A stretch of 64,000 bases of DNA. Source: Lytechinus pictus (Eukaryota). The stretch spans positions 38,068,001-38,132,000 of the forward strand of contig NC_087252.1 of the NCBI RefSeq assembly GCF_037042905.1, written 5' to 3'. The notes under the pieces were generated by a model. The model searched no databases. It was not told the origin of the DNA and was given only the letters and a program-made list of their open reading frames with translations. The translations under genes were made by a program, and so were the position numbers. How positions within the stretch are numbered: position 1 is the stretch's first letter; every line of letters starts with the position of its first letter. Below are positions 62,092 through 64,000 of this stretch, one piece after another.

Positions 62092-62093
62092 GA

Positions 62094-62548
62094 TGTAGGG
62101 TGGCTACTGGAGTTAGAGTTAGGGTTCACTACACTAGGTGTTAATGTTATATAAAACACAGAGAAGTCTCTCTATTCAAGGCTAGGGTGGAACTGCCCAA
62201 GAGCACGTGGCTCACTTTATTTCTGTCTCCTCTCCAAATCATAGACATCGAATTAACATAATCATTAACCAATCAGCAATCAGTGTGTAGGCCCTATACT
62301 GTATAGTCAATGTGTGTGTAACAGAACATACAGAGAATCAATGAATTGAAGCATGTACCGGTAATCCAGGTCAACTCCATGTCTTAACAAAGAAGTGAAA
62401 TTCACAAAGACTGAGCAGATGAGTTGAATTGCATCTAACATTCCAACTTGTTTATAAAGAAAGTTCTCTGACCTATAGAATACTGAACTGCATCTAACCT
62501 GTACATGAAAATATAAAGTTCTCTGAACTATGGAAATAAGGCTCTACA
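62094..62548 (-). repeat. 5' LTR (455 bp)
   Basis: TG...CA; contains CCAAT, AATAAA (62216-62221), CACGTG and TATATAA (~62147-62153). Confidence 0.95.
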
Positions 62549-63623
62549 GTGATATCGGCACTACCCGAACAAAAGAATGTCTGGGCGGCCACTCAAACAA
62601 ATTCTTTCCGAAAAGAGCAGGATACAGATGGTCAACGCCCCGAACAAAAGGATGATTAGTGTTTACCGGCAGGATGACCCATTGAACGCTTTTCGTACTT
62701 AGCAATACAAAAAAGCTTTTATGATTTTTTTTTTTCGACCAACATACCGTATCTAAAATAAATATGTCTCATTTACCGACAACACAGGTGCTTATGACAT
62801 CCGTCAGTGATTCATATTGCATAAAGGCGCTTCCCCTGGGTGATGATGCATATAAGGATGAACGAATATTATTTAGGGAAATTATCGAAAAAATATGTTC
62901 AAATGTCAGGGATAACGAGAGAGAAGGAGAGACAGAGATAAAAGAAGGAACAGAAAAGTGCGCTTTTGCTAAAATTCCATGCATGTATACTTACTTGAAC
63001 GAATTACAACATGACTTTATTTTTTGGTTAGATTACTTTAAAAAAATCCCACAACGTTTGTTTGTTGCAACTCGGTCCTCAGACCCTTGCCAATCTGATG
63101 AAGTTTTATCATTGTTCTTGTTTGACCCCCCCCCCCCCCCTGATGGAAATGTTCTGACCTACACTCGAATATATATTGCTTGTTTGTCTAGCTCCTCTCT
63201 CCGATTTTCTGTTTTTAATTGCGAGTAACGCGGTGAAAAAGATAAGAATAAAGACCGTCCTGGCCCCTTTTTTCCCCCGTTACGACCAAAAAAAAATCGC
63301 ATTTGGGGCGCTTACCATGGTTTGCATCTAAACCAAAATGTTTGGAAGAAGATGTTATACAGGGATAGCAACGTTTTTTTTATGGTGCAGGGGTTGAGCT
63401 GTAGGACGGGGATGAAGCGGCTAAAAATATTACAATTTGTTAATTCACATCATTTTACAGAATTAATTTATAATAGGTTAGGTTTTAGAAGCTCTTCATC
63501 TTATTTCCTTTTCTTTCCCAGATAAAAACTTTTGCATCGAAAAGTTGACGGAAACATAATCACTTCAAATGATGAAACCAATAATGAGCTAAAAGTTTCC
63601 ACGCGCGAACTTGGAGGAAATAG

Positions 63624-63768
63624 ATACCGTGTTTACACTTAATCGGCATTTGAATCGGCTCGCGGTTCTGAACCGCGAGCTGTAACAACGTGTAAACGCA
63701 ATCCAAATGCCGATTCTGCATCGGCATTTGGTTCAGAACCAAATGCCGATTAAGTGTAAACACGGTAT
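63624..63768. mobile_element. Short palindromic MITE
   Basis: ATACCGTGTTTACACTTAATCGGCATTTG / CAAATGCCGATTAAGTGTAAACACGGTAT. Confidence 0.8.
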
Positions 63769-63898
63769 AAATGATACAGGATGAGAAATTACGCTAAGGC
63801 ACCCCCTATAAAGAAAACACGTTTGTCTGGCGTGTCACCCGATAGAACCCTCTCAATCCTACAGACTTTTATTCATGTGTAACCTACACCCCCCCCCC

Positions 63899-63929
<31 letters not shown>

Positions 63930-64000
63930 TTGATACCGACCCAAAGTTTATTGATTTTCCTATATTTTGCCAATTTCTTTCTCCCTTTTTTTTACCGGCG

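Larger units (their letters stand above)
53397..62548 (-). mobile_element. Full-length young Ty3/Gypsy LTR retrotransposon
   Basis: TG...CA LTRs at 53397-53691 and 62094-62548. 4-bp TSD GTGA (53393-53396, 62549-62552). PBS, PPT and intact gag and pol. Confidence 0.97.

Noticed and set aside
62764-63228. 154-aa ORF
   Set aside because: No recognisable domain, runs through poly-C and GA repeats, lies in repeat-like DNA.

Overview
AT-rich, intron-containing animal DNA. The repeat repertoire suggests a marine invertebrate deuterostome, probably a sea urchin (inference). More than half of the window is transposable elements. These include an intact single-ORF CR1-type LINE (minus, ~255-4562) inserted in an older LINE and a young full-length Ty3/Gypsy element (53397-62548, GTGA target-site duplication [TSD], -1 frameshift, 160-bp deletion in the 3' LTR). 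Also present are a decayed Gmr1-order Gypsy, L2/CR1/RTE remnants, tRNA-SINEs and many nested MITEs. The one host locus is a minus-strand immunoglobulin-superfamily receptor. Six intact exons (C-type Ig, two stalk, TM, two cytoplasmic; 28958-25194) lie downstream of a tandem array of five V-type Ig exon copies (30.4-44.7 kb). All five V copies appear disrupted in this assembly, and two have their own candidate leader exons. Best leads: (1) the 'many V cassettes, one constant region' receptor locus; (2) the LINE N-terminal module of signal peptide + 2A-like motif + YxxxxLL eIF4E-binding-like motif, echoed in a second LINE; (3) the Gypsy's self-inactivating-like 3' LTR, SH3-ligand array and 2.4-kb unexplained 3' region. 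All coordinates were read by eye; no searches were run.
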